From the IMG/VR virus record IMGVR_UViG_3300043438_000518, positions 32,001 through 96,000 of that record: a stretch of 64,000 nucleotides of DNA, one strand, 5' to 3'. The translations under genes and the position numbers were made by a program. The notes below the pieces were generated by a model. It searched no databases. It was not told the origin of the DNA and saw nothing but the letters and a program-made list of their open reading frames with translations. Position 1 is the stretch's first letter. Each line of letters starts with the position of its first letter. Shown here one piece after another: positions 39,523-48,932 of the stretch. The stretch is from a virus. Its lineage: Duplodnaviria; Caudoviricetes.

Positions 39523-40971
39523 TTACATGTCTGCTATTTCTTGGAAATCAATTTTTCTTTCCACACACTCTTTAATCTTAGATTCTACGTAATCTTGGTC
39601 TTCTGCAACTACGTTAAATACGCTTTCACAAGCATGACAACAAGTGTGTAGTAAAAGATCGTTAGTAATTACTAAGCCACTTTCATCATAACAATGAGGG
39701 CAGATGTCATCCATAATCATTTCATCCAGCAAATCCTGACTTATTTCTTTAATTGTAGGGAAGAAAACAGAATAAGACTTAAGTTCCTCTCTGATTTTTG
39801 GATCTGTGTATTCAGGATAGCATTCCATAATCCACTCATTGTACGTTTCATACTCTTTGTCTTTTTCTAGTTCTGCTTCATCTATCATTTCAGAAGGCAT
39901 TTCTCTGCTCCAATAAGTGGATTGTTTACCTACTTTAGATCCAGTAGAAGCTGATGGCTCAAAAGGATCTATAATTTTAGGTTTAGATTCTACCCAATCT
40001 CCAGCTACTGCATCATAGTACCAATCATTGTCATCAGCATCAAACATATGAATTTGACGACCACCATAACCAAGAGGAATAGATGTAGATTTAACTTTAG
40101 ATCCTCCGTATGGAAGTTCTGACCTAGAGTATATAGGAAATGTAAGAGGAATGTTCCTTTCAGCAAGCATAGTAAGCATTTCATAAGCAAAGCTAAAAGC
40201 GTTGATAAGAAGACCTACACTAGCTATCTCGGTATCTGAGTGCTCGTTAAAGTAACCACATGATAAGTTATGTGAAGAAACTTTAAGTCCTCTTTTACGT
40301 AGACCACCGACATCAGTTGCTGTACCTGAGTTAAGAGTGTAACCATACTTCTCCATCAAAGGTTGGATTAGTTCATAATGATCGTGACTAAAAGTCTGAA
40401 CTCCATTAGTAAACTTAATAAAGTCATTAGTGTAAGACCTACGATCCAGCTGAGTAACTACTAGTGAGTTGTCAAAGAAAGACATATCACAGCAATTAGT
40501 ACCTACAATTCCTCGTTCCTCGCCATAAGGTAAGAAAACCTTACATACAGGCATCATCTTAAGCATTTGGATAGCAAAGCATACACCTACTGAATCATCG
40601 AGACCTAAGCCACATTGTTCACCTGTTGCATCATCAAAGCCAAAAATCCACTGATCTGTTTTAAAGATACGCATACCTACATGGTAATCTTGAGCTGTGT
40701 CATAATGACCTACAATAGTAGGGTAGAACTCAGCTTCTCCTTTAGTGCAATAGATATTCCCTCCCTTTTCTACTACTGTTACACCTTCTATCTTAGAAAT
40801 CAATTCTACAAGCCAATCTTTCTTTAGTCTTTCCATTTCTGGTTGATAAGTAGGGCTTTGTTGATACATGATATCAAACAATAGATCAAAATCTACGGGG
40901 AAATCTCCTTTAATAGTGTGGTCTATACTTTCTAGTCGGTTAACGTAACTGCTAACATAAGATTTTGTCAT
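39523..40971 (-). CDS. M20/M28-like zinc peptidase with acidic and CxxC C-terminal region
   Basis: GHYDT, GLDD, GEE, DRR and late His metal ligands. Confidence 0.75.
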   Translation of the reverse strand: MTKSYVSSYVNRLESIDHTIKGDFPVDFDLLFDIMYQQSPTYQPEMERLKKDWLVELISKIEGVTVVEKGGNIYCTKGEAEFYPTIVGHYDTAQDYHVGMRIFKTDQWIFGFDDATGEQCGLGLDDSVGVCFAIQMLKMMPVCKVFLPYGEERGIVGTNCCDMSFFDNSLVVTQLDRRSYTNDFIKFTNGVQTFSHDHYELIQPLMEKYGYTLNSGTATDVGGLRKRGLKVSSHNLSCGYFNEHSDTEIASVGLLINAFSFAYEMLTMLAERNIPLTFPIYSRSELPYGGSKVKSTSIPLGYGGRQIHMFDADDNDWYYDAVAGDWVESKPKIIDPFEPSASTGSKVGKQSTYWSREMPSEMIDEAELEKDKEYETYNEWIMECYPEYTDPKIREELKSYSVFFPTIKEISQDLLDEMIMDDICPHCYDESGLVITNDLLLHTCCHACESVFNVVAEDQDYVESKIKECVERKIDFQEIADM

Positions 40972-40995
40972 TTTTGTTTTGTTTTAGTTTGTTTT

Positions 40996-43101
40996 TTAAA
41001 TAAGGAATTGTTGTTCATCTTGTAGATCTTCCTCCATTTCTTCTGGTTCTAATTCTACTTCTTCTTCGACTGTTTCGTTAATCTGTGCTAGTGATGAAGA
41101 TACTGAAGATACTGAAGATAATGAAGATCCATGTATATTTATACCTGAACCAGTAGAATTAAGATAAGTTAAAACTGGAATATGATTATATGTACCAGTT
41201 GTTCCAGAACTACTTGTAATGAATGTATAACTAGTTTCTGTTTGAGCAATTGTTTCTCCTAGAGCACGTGCTTGTGCTATCATTCTTATAGTTTCTTCTT
41301 GTGCTCTTCTGTCAGCTTCCTGAGAGTCGTAAGCGTCTTCAGGGATATTTGGATCGTTCTTGTGATAGAAACCATTTCCGTCAGTAAAGTAAAAGTCTTC
41401 ATCTAGAATAAAGTATCCGAAACCATTTTCATACTCTCTGAGTTGTTCGTCATTTATATGAGCATACTCTCCATTATTTAGTCTAAGAGATCTACATGTA
41501 AGAATCGTTTCTACATTATAGGTTTCTACTGTGTCATCTTCTATAGTAACATAAGAATCGTCTGCTTCACAATAAATATAACAACTACTGCAAGCATAAG
41601 AATCTGAATGATCACCTGCAGTAATATAAGTTGAGTCGTCTTCGTTTATCTCATCTCCACAGATGCAACATTCTAGTCTTTCACTAGAGTTGTAGCGACT
41701 AAAACAACCTCCAGTAGATCTAAACTGCCAATATTCATCCCTAAGATGTTGGTTTGTCAGAAGCATTCTATGAGGGTCGTAGTTACAAAGAGTGTCTACA
41801 TAAGGAAACTGATTAATACCTGTTAAGTCAATGTTTAAGGAGAAATTCCTATTTGATTGAAATAAAGTTTCATAACCAGCTCCTATTAGTGTGTTCTTAA
41901 GCAAGTTATGAGTCTCGTCATTTGAATAATAGATACGGTCAAACATAAACTTACCTTCGATATTCCACATAATAGAACGAGCAGCAATCTTATTTGATCT
42001 TTTAAGTACAGCCATCTTTACTTTCTCTGGGTACTTAGTGTAGATTTGAAAATAATTCCTACAGTTTTGGTAACGCATACAAGAATTACCTAAGGTACCT
42101 GAGTGTTGATAGTAATTATTTTCGTGATAAGCGTCTTTAATATCTTCTCCCTCGATAATCTGAAAGTCATACAAAGGATTGGAAACAGTAATCAAAGAGG
42201 CATATGCTTCTGCAAATGCAGTAACCTCTCTATCTGAATACTTGTCTGCAAATAACCTACGTACAATCTTACCTATGGAAGTGTGATAACGCTTCTTAAA
42301 GTTCCATACTTCTTTAACAGTCATTGAAGTGTTCTCAAATTCTACTGCTAAGAGTCTTTCCCAGTTATTTGAATTTAAAATAACACCATTAGTAGTTAAC
42401 GTAAACGCATCTGCTCCTCTAGTTCTTGAGTTTTGAATACGTAATGTTCCTGCTTCGTGTGAAAGATAAGTCTGTTTAAAACTAAAAGAATAAGTTTTAG
42501 TTGGAGAATCGTCCCAGAATTCTTGAATAAAGTATACGTCAGCGTCTTCTGTACGTTCAATAGGATAAAATCTATCGCCTAGATGTCTTGCAGTCAACTT
42601 TAAGGTAAATACCATCATCATATCTTGTGCTGTAGAATCATCTGGAGTCTGTTCTCTGCTTCTACGTCTACTTCTCTGTACATAGAATTTAGCAACAGTT
42701 CCAGGACGAATCATCTCCATTGTAGTTTCTTGTCCTGCAAGTCTTTCTTCACGGTCTTTATCTAGATAAGAAATCTTAGTATAGTCCGCTTGAGATAAAC
42801 CTAGATAGTTACAATACTTACCTTCTAAAGGAACATACTTAAGGTTTAGAATGTCTTCAGCTACTGCTTTTGCTTGTTCGCTACAGTTACTAGCAATTAA
42901 TCTAGTTAAGCGAGTCTTTAGGTCTTTGTGTAATACAAATTTGTCTCTTGCTATCCTTACTCGTCTTTTAGGTAAGCTACCAAGTGAGTGAGCAGATACT
43001 TGTAAGGTATTTGCTGTTTCCATAAACTCCATTGAAAATGGATCATCGGGGATTAGAGCTGCAATTAGCTCCTGTGGTTCTTGTGGTTGTGAATTAGGCA
43101 T
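40996..43101 (-). CDS. Large hypothetical protein (SCM...R...DRIY...PYxD family) with Cys-rich domain
   Basis: NSCMR, IAARSIMW, FDRIY and PYVDT motifs followed by CxxC repeats. Confidence 0.6.
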   Translation of the reverse strand: MPNSQPQEPQELIAALIPDDPFSMEFMETANTLQVSAHSLGSLPKRRVRIARDKFVLHKDLKTRLTRLIASNCSEQAKAVAEDILNLKYVPLEGKYCNYLGLSQADYTKISYLDKDREERLAGQETTMEMIRPGTVAKFYVQRSRRRSREQTPDDSTAQDMMMVFTLKLTARHLGDRFYPIERTEDADVYFIQEFWDDSPTKTYSFSFKQTYLSHEAGTLRIQNSRTRGADAFTLTTNGVILNSNNWERLLAVEFENTSMTVKEVWNFKKRYHTSIGKIVRRLFADKYSDREVTAFAEAYASLITVSNPLYDFQIIEGEDIKDAYHENNYYQHSGTLGNSCMRYQNCRNYFQIYTKYPEKVKMAVLKRSNKIAARSIMWNIEGKFMFDRIYYSNDETHNLLKNTLIGAGYETLFQSNRNFSLNIDLTGINQFPYVDTLCNYDPHRMLLTNQHLRDEYWQFRSTGGCFSRYNSSERLECCICGDEINEDDSTYITAGDHSDSYACSSCYIYCEADDSYVTIEDDTVETYNVETILTCRSLRLNNGEYAHINDEQLREYENGFGYFILDEDFYFTDGNGFYHKNDPNIPEDAYDSQEADRRAQEETIRMIAQARALGETIAQTETSYTFITSSSGTTGTYNHIPVLTYLNSTGSGINIHGSSLSSVSSVSSSLAQINETVEEEVELEPEEMEEDLQDEQQFLI

Positions 43102-43124
43102 ATTTTAGTTGGTTTAGTTTAAAA

Positions 43125-43150
43125 CAAAAAAGCACCCCTAGAGGTGCTTT
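43125..43150 (-). terminator. Intrinsic terminator
   Basis: AAAGCACC-CCTAGA-GGTGCTTT with a U-tract on the minus strand. Confidence 0.7.
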
Positions 43151-43170
43151 CATTAAATTTTCTTCTTAAT

Positions 43171-43368
43171 TTAAAGTTGTTCTGGTGTTTTTTCGCTGTC
43201 TTTTTTGTAACGATGAGCTAGCAGTAAGTTTTTTTCTCCTAAAGCTTTTTTAAATTCTCTGTCTCTTTCTTTCTCTGAGTAGAACTTGTAGTCTTCGTTC
43301 TTTTTCATTGTCTTTACAATCAGATGGAATTCTATGACTGTACCTTCTTCGCTTAACGTATACTCCAT
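43171..43368 (-). CDS. Hypothetical protein
   Basis: 65-aa ORF. Confidence 0.55.
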   Translation of the reverse strand: MEYTLSEEGTVIEFHLIVKTMKKNEDYKFYSEKERDREFKKALGEKNLLLAHRYKKDSEKTPEQL

Positions 43369-43517
43369 TATTCAAAGATAGCACATAAATCTACTACAAT
43401 CCCTATTAACAGGGAGAATACGGAGACAAAGAGAAGAGAGAATGCGAAGAACTCGTTACTACTCATACAGTTAGTGTTCTTAAGCTTTCTTCCAATATTT
43501 TTACATGCTTTTCTCAT
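43368..43517 (-). CDS. Small membrane protein (49 aa, not in the ORF track)
   Basis: MRKACKNIG...FFAFSLLFVSVFSLLIGIVVDLCAIFE; TAATG overlap with the next gene. Confidence 0.45.
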   Translation of the reverse strand: MRKACKNIGRKLKNTNCMSSNEFFAFSLLFVSVFSLLIGIVVDLCAIFE

Positions 43518-43722
43518 TGATGTGCTGTTTTACTTCTTTCCAAAATAAAACTGCATTATGTACAGTTTTGTTGTTTAGATAATTATCCATGTCTCTGTAC
43601 TCAGCAATGATCTTATCTAGGGTATAATTAGCAATCTGCTTAAATCGGTAGTGGTCCATTTGAAAACCTAAAGTCTTCTTGATTTCCACTTCCATAGCTT
43701 CTGCCTGTTGTTTGGGACTCAT
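43501..43722 (-). CDS. Hypothetical protein
   Basis: MSPKQQA...FWKEVKQHI small phage protein; TATATTTG promoter at 43727-43734 directly upstream. Confidence 0.6.
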   Translation of the reverse strand: MSPKQQAEAMEVEIKKTLGFQMDHYRFKQIANYTLDKIIAEYRDMDNYLNNKTVHNAVLFWKEVKQHINEKSM

Positions 43723-43740
43723 GTTACAAATATAAGTTAG

Positions 43741-44142
43741 TTAAAGCTTTTCTGCCTTCTCTTCGAATCTATATTTTAACTCTTCTTTAAAAACCTCTTT
43801 GTAAAAATCAGAGAGTTGATATTGAGTCTTTAGTATAGCTTCTATGTGATCGAAGTCTAAGTCTTTAATAGGTTTGTAGACTAAGGGTTGTCTTCCGTCT
43901 ATACCTCTAGTACCCCAATGAACAGCAGATCTCCTAGTTAAATGTGAGCCATCGTCATAGACGCTTAACTCTTCGTAAGTTCCTATATGTCTTCTAAGAT
44001 AATCTGTTCCTCCATCTACCATAAGAACTTCTTTAGTAATAGTATCCTTGTAAGTCACATAATCATGACGATTATAAGAAGTAAGGATAGTACCATCTGG
44101 TGTTTTAATCCTGTTTAAAAGGATCTTGTTTTCCGTAGTCAT
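43741..44142 (-). CDS. Hypothetical phage protein
   Basis: SxxRHDY, VDGGxDY and WGTRG motifs. Confidence 0.65.
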   Translation of the reverse strand: MTTENKILLNRIKTPDGTILTSYNRHDYVTYKDTITKEVLMVDGGTDYLRRHIGTYEELSVYDDGSHLTRRSAVHWGTRGIDGRQPLVYKPIKDLDFDHIEAILKTQYQLSDFYKEVFKEELKYRFEEKAEKL

Positions 44143-44644
44143 AAGTTAGTATATAAGCTGGTTTAATTGTTGTTGTGATGCTTCCGTTGATGTCAACTGT
44201 TTCACTCCTACACTCATAGGTTTTGAACTTGTAACCTGCTTTAGTAAAGAAGTTAAGCGAAGTTAAGTTATTCGCTTTAACTCTTGTAATTACAGTTACA
44301 AATTCTTTTGTCTCTTCATAGATAGATTTAATAACATAATCTATGAGAAAACTTGCATAACCTTGTCTTTGATACTTTTCTGCTACATGAATAAAGTTAA
44401 TACGATAGCATTCTTTCTTCTTTCTCATTAACATTACAGCTACTATATCTAGTCCGTCTTGGATAGCGTGTACTGTTAAATTAGGGTCGTTAAACGACTT
44501 TTCCGTAAATTGTACTTCAAAATGATCTGAAATAAACTGAAAATATTTAGGATCTTTTCTGTTGTAATAAGAAATTTGAGTTAGCATAGATAGTTTTAGT
44601 TTCGTGTTTATAGATAGCTCTTTTGTAGAGCTCCCTAAAAGCAA
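44105..44644 (-). CDS. GNAT-family acetyltransferase (true start probably ~44587)
   Basis: IHVAEKYQRQGYAS acetyl-CoA motif A; NxxSLNFFTKAGY motif B. Confidence 0.8.
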   Translation of the reverse strand: MLLGSSTKELSINTKLKLSMLTQISYYNRKDPKYFQFISDHFEVQFTEKSFNDPNLTVHAIQDGLDIVAVMLMRKKKECYRINFIHVAEKYQRQGYASFLIDYVIKSIYEETKEFVTVITRVKANNLTSLNFFTKAGYKFKTYECRSETVDINGSITTTIKPAYILTYDYGKQDPFKQD

Positions 44645-44783
44645 ATCTATTAAGACCTAAACGATTTCCTGCTCTTTCATAGCTGTACCCTAGTTCATCT
44701 CTTAAGATAAGGGCAGCATATTGTCTAGGAGTAAAACCTTTTAGGTCTAGTTTGAGAGGGGTGCTTTGATCGGGGGATGACAT
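44547..44783 (-). CDS. Sigma-70 region-4-like HTH protein
   Basis: TPRQYAALILR...GYSYERAGNRLGL pattern. Confidence 0.55.
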   Translation of the reverse strand: MSSPDQSTPLKLDLKGFTPRQYAALILRDELGYSYERAGNRLGLNRFAFRELYKRAIYKHETKTIYANSNFLLQQKRS

Positions 44784-45820
44784 AAGTAGTTTTCTAAAAT
44801 AAAGTCAGTATTCTCTAAGTGTGAATGTAGTGATTGATCTTTTGATAGTGACTCATAAAAGCTATCTGTTTTTAGATGCTTTAATCTGGGTAACTCATAA
44901 AAATCTCTTTCTATTTGCTCTTTAGCCTGTTCGATATGATTTAAGTAGAGGTGAGTATCGCCTAAGTTACCTATTAATTCATCAGGAACCATATTTACCT
45001 CTTTAGCAAGGATAGTTAAGAGAAGAGCATAGGAGGCGATGTTGAAGGGAAGGCCGAGGAAAGTATCTACTGAACGTTGATTCCACATTAAAGAGATTGC
45101 TCTGGTTGGTATGTTAGCTTGAGTTAAAGCCACATCGATAGTATTTTCTATTGCATCTCCCAAGTTTAATTTTATAAACGGTACTTCTATTTTATTTTCA
45201 AATTTAGAGTTATAATTTTCTACTCTTTCTGCTCTACTCAACTCTCTTGTATAAACTTGAAATCCATAATGACAAGGTGGAAGAACCATATCTTCAAGAG
45301 CATCTACATTCCAAGCACTAACCATTAATCTTCTAGAGTCTGGATTGTGTTTAAGATTATAGATTAGACTTTTAATCTGGTCAATTGAACCTCCTGCTAA
45401 GTCTGTTGAAGGCCATCTTCTCCACTGAGCACCATAAATAGGACCTAACTCACCGTATCTAGCAGCAAAGTCAGAATTAGTCTTGATTTGTTCTGCAAAC
45501 GCTTCTATAGTGTAAGCATGATTATCGTCTGGTCTTGCTTCACGGTAAGATTTATAAGCGTCTCCTGTCCAAATATTACATCCGTTGTCTAAAAGGTATT
45601 TAATGTTAGTGTCACCCTTTAAAAACCACAGTAACTCAGTTACTATTGTCTTCCAAGGCATCTTCTTAGTGGTTAAGAGAGGAAATCCATCACTCATCCT
45701 GTGTCTGATGGTGTAGCCAAAGATTGACTTAGTACCTGTTCCTGTTCTATCTGACTTCTCTACTCCGTAATCTAAGATAGATTGAAGTAAGATCTGGTAT
45801 TGTTTGTCTATGCTGTTCAT
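44747..45820 (-). CDS. thyA: Thymidylate synthase
   Basis: DRTGTGT, FPLLTTKK, ELLWFL, LPPCH, QRSVDTFLGLPFN and DTHLY motifs. Confidence 0.96.
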   Translation of the reverse strand: MNSIDKQYQILLQSILDYGVEKSDRTGTGTKSIFGYTIRHRMSDGFPLLTTKKMPWKTIVTELLWFLKGDTNIKYLLDNGCNIWTGDAYKSYREARPDDNHAYTIEAFAEQIKTNSDFAARYGELGPIYGAQWRRWPSTDLAGGSIDQIKSLIYNLKHNPDSRRLMVSAWNVDALEDMVLPPCHYGFQVYTRELSRAERVENYNSKFENKIEVPFIKLNLGDAIENTIDVALTQANIPTRAISLMWNQRSVDTFLGLPFNIASYALLLTILAKEVNMVPDELIGNLGDTHLYLNHIEQAKEQIERDFYELPRLKHLKTDSFYESLSKDQSLHSHLENTDFILENYLCHPPIKAPLSN

Positions 45821-46104
45821 CCGTTAAAGTCTGAGTATTTAAGTCCCCACTGTAAGTTAAACCAAGTCATTTCGTTTTCAGCTCGTTTCTTAGTGAATTT
45901 TAACTCTTTTCTTAAGTAAGCAATGCTCCACTGTTTCCACTCTTCTGCTTGTGCAGTAGTCATAGTCCACTGAGTATACCAATCGTCTGTTCTATCTTTA
46001 ATGTCTTCGTACGTAACTTGATGACCAGCAATAACAAACATCTGATTAAGGATATCTATCATTGCTTTTCTTCTTTTTTCGTCTCTTGTTATTCGTTTTG
46101 CCAT
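45817..46104 (-). CDS. Hypothetical protein
   Basis: 95-aa Trp-rich ORF. Confidence 0.6.
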   Translation of the reverse strand: MAKRITRDEKRRKAMIDILNQMFVIAGHQVTYEDIKDRTDDWYTQWTMTTAQAEEWKQWSIAYLRKELKFTKKRAENEMTWFNLQWGLKYSDFNG

Positions 46105-46394
46105 AATTCGTAAATGCTATTTGTTGTTGCAAACTTAATGTAGTTTTCTTTCTGTTCCAAAATCTCTGTAACAGTAGTAGTCAGCCAGGTATAAGACATT
46201 CTTTGAGGATCTAGGATAAGCGACCTACCTACTGCAGGTTCATCATGTAGTTCTTTAAATTTACCATCTTCAGACCACTCAATCCATCCAGCTTTGTGAC
46301 CTACGTTAGATAAGCCATCTCTTTCCCTGACTAACTTGTATCTGAAGAGATCCTCTACGTTTAAGTTTATTTTAACTTGTTCTATTTTGGTCAT
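46089..46394 (-). CDS. Hypothetical protein
   Basis: 101-aa ORF ending FxTxNSxYEL. Confidence 0.6.
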   Translation of the reverse strand: MTKIEQVKINLNVEDLFRYKLVRERDGLSNVGHKAGWIEWSEDGKFKELHDEPAVGRSLILDPQRMSYTWLTTTVTEILEQKENYIKFATTNSIYELWQNE

Positions 46395-46641
46395 TTTGTA
46401 TTTGTATTAGTTCTTGTTTTATCTCTTGGTACATTTCTATTACTTTTCTGTTTTGCCAAGCATGATGCTCTAATGCTTCTATAATCTTGTCTACAGAAAT
46501 CAAGGAGCAAGTAATCGCTTCATTGTACCTCTTCTCACAACTCAATAGTCCTTCTTTATGGGACCCATTGTTAGGCAACTGATAATAAAAGTCATTAATC
46601 AGCTGCCTAGCTGGTGTTGGATTAATAATATCTTCTAGCAT
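46372..46641 (-). CDS. Hypothetical protein
   Basis: 89-aa ORF; similar pattern to 43501-43722. Confidence 0.55.
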   Translation of the reverse strand: MLEDIINPTPARQLINDFYYQLPNNGSHKEGLLSCEKRYNEAITCSLISVDKIIEALEHHAWQNRKVIEMYQEIKQELIQIQNDQNRTS

Positions 46642-46644
46642 AAC

Positions 46645-46911
46645 TTACCTCCAGTCGATTTTGGTATAACTAGCTGCACCTGTATCCATGATACGATCCC
46701 ATCTATACCAATTATACTGACTATTCTCATCCCATATTTTGTCTTTTACAAACTCCTCATGATAGTCTTGTAGGTTTTTTCTAATCCTATTAAACTTCTC
46801 TACATAGGCTATTGCAAGTTGTTCATCGTGTGTAACAAACACAAGGTTCTCATAGTAAGTGTCGTAACTTCCTGTGGGATAACTAACTAAGTACATTATT
46901 TGATTTTGCAT
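46645..46911 (-). CDS. Hypothetical protein
   Basis: 88-aa ORF. Confidence 0.55.
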   Translation of the reverse strand: MQNQIMYLVSYPTGSYDTYYENLVFVTHDEQLAIAYVEKFNRIRKNLQDYHEEFVKDKIWDENSQYNWYRWDRIMDTGAASYTKIDWR

Positions 46912-47108
46912 GATTTACATTGGTCCGTCACCTCACCCTTGACTAGTCTACACCATCCTTCTATACCTTCTTGATGCTGATAGAAAGGACAAGACTTAAT
47001 CCAGTAAGGGAATAACTCTTTTTGCTGTGCGTTTTTCTTAAAGTCTGGAACATAGCAGTAAGGAGTATTCTTAGGGATTCTCTTCTTTAGTTTTCTAGGA
47101 ATTCTCAT
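46896..47108 (-). CDS. Small Cys-rich hypothetical protein
   Basis: MRIPRKLKK start; YCY, CPF and CKSC. Confidence 0.55.
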   Translation of the reverse strand: MRIPRKLKKRIPKNTPYCYVPDFKKNAQQKELFPYWIKSCPFYQHQEGIEGWCRLVKGEVTDQCKSCKIK

Positions 47109-47280
47109 CTGTATCTTTATTTGTTATGTTACGGCTTACACCAGTATAAATCATAGAATATGTAAATGAAATAAGTATTATTGCCGCAATTCCTAGTAAA
47201 ACATAAAAACTCTTATGTATTCCTATAACTAACAAAATTAGTAGTACTAGTATTAATATTGAAATTAAGTGTGTTTTCAT
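47095..47280 (-). CDS. Small membrane protein with two transmembrane helices
   Basis: 61-aa hydrophobic ORF. Confidence 0.55.
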   Translation of the reverse strand: MKTHLISILILVLLILLVIGIHKSFYVLLGIAAIILISFTYSMIYTGVSRNITNKDTDENS

Positions 47281-47531
47281 TGTCCACTTCCTTGTATTTT
47301 ATCACGCATCCATTTTGCGCCATAAATTCTACCAAATTTTTCTGCACCTGTTGGTTCACACAAAGATTGCATTTCAGCCCATTTTTCTATCTCCTCATCA
47401 CTTAGTAGTTCAATAGGGGTTAAAAGTGATACAAATGAATCGGCTTGATCTTCGTCTGCTAAATGTATTTTTAACAAACTTAAAATTTCTTCTTCTGTGT
47501 ATAGTTTCATGATTTGTTTATTGTTGCTCAT
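47277..47531 (-). CDS. Hypothetical protein (array gene, MSNNKQ start)
   Basis: 84 aa, ends GAKWMRDKIQGSGQ. Confidence 0.6.
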   Translation of the reverse strand: MSNNKQIMKLYTEEEILSLLKIHLADEDQADSFVSLLTPIELLSDEEIEKWAEMQSLCEPTGAEKFGRIYGAKWMRDKIQGSGQ

Positions 47532-47542
47532 TTGTTACCTCC
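47516..47542 (-). repeat. Gene-junction repeat (GGAGGTAACAAATGAGCAACAATAAAC)
   Basis: Identical to 49286-49311 except for a 1-nt indel. Confidence 0.8.
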
Positions 47543-47722
47543 TTTGATTTCAGTTAGTTTTTCTTCTATGCATTGTTTTTGATACTCAAGATGCAGTATT
47601 TCTGAGTGTTTTTTGATTACTAAATACGCATTGTCTAATAATTCTTTTTCTTGTTCTGTTCGCCATCCTGTTTTCACAATGCAAAGTGCATCAATTAGCG
47701 ATAGATTTTTATAGTTACTCAT
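47528..47722 (-). CDS. Hypothetical protein (array gene)
   Basis: 64 aa, MSNYK...KGGNK. Confidence 0.55.
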   Translation of the reverse strand: MSNYKNLSLIDALCIVKTGWRTEQEKELLDNAYLVIKKHSEILHLEYQKQCIEEKLTEIKGGNK

Positions 47723-48002
47723 TGTTCCCTCCTTGTTCTACATAAATGTGTTTCAATGTTTTACCACTCTCAGTAATAATGTAATAATGAGTGTTTGATA
47801 CAATTGGCATTTCTACTTGCTCGGAGTAAATCATACCGATAACTTCAGGGTCAAGAAGTGTTGGGTTGTTTGTTTTAGTGTGAAAATTCCATTCAGCAAT
47901 AAAGCTTTCTTCATTGTTTTCTCTCATGACGATTCTAAAATTGTCGCCAATCCATTGATTTGTTTCTTCGGAGTTACTTCTCCATGTTCTTAGTGTGTAC
48001 AT
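47715..48002 (-). CDS. Hypothetical protein (array gene)
   Basis: 95 aa, ends QGGNNE. Confidence 0.6.
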   Translation of the reverse strand: MYTLRTWRSNSEETNQWIGDNFRIVMRENNEESFIAEWNFHTKTNNPTLLDPEVIGMIYSEQVEMPIVSNTHYYIITESGKTLKHIYVEQGGNNE

Positions 48003-48061
48003 ATGTTTGTTTGTTTATTTGTGTGTATCTAAATTTACGAACTTTCTTTTTAAAAGCCAAA

Positions 48062-48928
48062 TTAAAGTTGAATAATTTTTTTCTTTGTTCCGTCATCATA
48101 TAGGTAGATCATAAGTTCATCTTTGCGGATATATTGAACAGGTCTACCCATCATATCATAGATTCCAATGAGTTTAGGCTCTGGTTTTTTGACTTCAGAT
48201 GTGGTAAGTGTTACACATGGGTCAATAGTAAATCTTATCAAAATGTTAGTATCATCGCCATGACAGTAATGAGACCATGTTAACACCAATAAGTATCTAC
48301 CCGGTTTTCTGAATTTATAATTTATTTGTCTACCAGCATCTAAAGTGTCTCGCTTTTCGTAAACAATATCTTTGGAACTCCAGCTCAAACCATTATCAAA
48401 TATATTAGGGTCATTAGACCATTGGCTGTCTGTAAATCTGTCTAAATTACCACTATGCAATAACATGGTCCTGTACACCCAACAAAAACTAGGAGGTTCA
48501 AGTGTACCCTTGGTCATTTCACCAGCTATGCTATCAATACAACTAGAGTCGTAAGTTGATAACATTTTGTAGTTGAGAACACAGTGATTAAAGTAATGGT
48601 AATCAACATAGTCGTAAATGATTGTATCACAACCAGTACAAGTGTTTGTTAATTTTAGATTGAATTGATATTTCCCTTTATGTGGAAGGTAAATTCTTGG
48701 AAAAAGTCTTTGACTCTTGTTTAAATTAGTCAGAACTTTGTGCGTTGACAGGTCAATAATGTCATAGTCGTACTTGACACAAGTATCCTTGAACGCATCT
48801 CCGGTTATTCTCCAAAGAAAGTAGTTTCCACTACTCATTTGTTCAATGTTAACAGAAGCCCATGTACATTTTGCATTCGCTGTTGCTAAGGAGACCAGAA
48901 GCATTAACAGCATTATTAGTTTTTTCAT
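48062..48928 (-). CDS. Secreted Cys-containing protein with T9SS-like C-terminal sorting domain
   Basis: Signal peptide MKKLIMLL...ANA; PKD/Ig-like GKYQ/PGRY motifs; C-terminal IYDMMGR...YDDGTKKKII. Confidence 0.65.
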   Translation of the reverse strand: MKKLIMLLMLLVSLATANAKCTWASVNIEQMSSGNYFLWRITGDAFKDTCVKYDYDIIDLSTHKVLTNLNKSQRLFPRIYLPHKGKYQFNLKLTNTCTGCDTIIYDYVDYHYFNHCVLNYKMLSTYDSSCIDSIAGEMTKGTLEPPSFCWVYRTMLLHSGNLDRFTDSQWSNDPNIFDNGLSWSSKDIVYEKRDTLDAGRQINYKFRKPGRYLLVLTWSHYCHGDDTNILIRFTIDPCVTLTTSEVKKPEPKLIGIYDMMGRPVQYIRKDELMIYLYDDGTKKKIIQL

Positions 48929-48932
48929 TGAT

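Noticed and set aside
41095-41130. 9-bp tandem repeat (TGAAGATAC, about four copies)
   Set aside because: It encodes a Ser-rich low-complexity linker and is in-frame slippage only.
44747-45820. Enlarged ThyA as a base-modifying enzyme or intron host
   Set aside because: All canonical ThyA motifs are present, including the dUMP-specifying Asn in PFN; the extra length is in-frame loop insertion.
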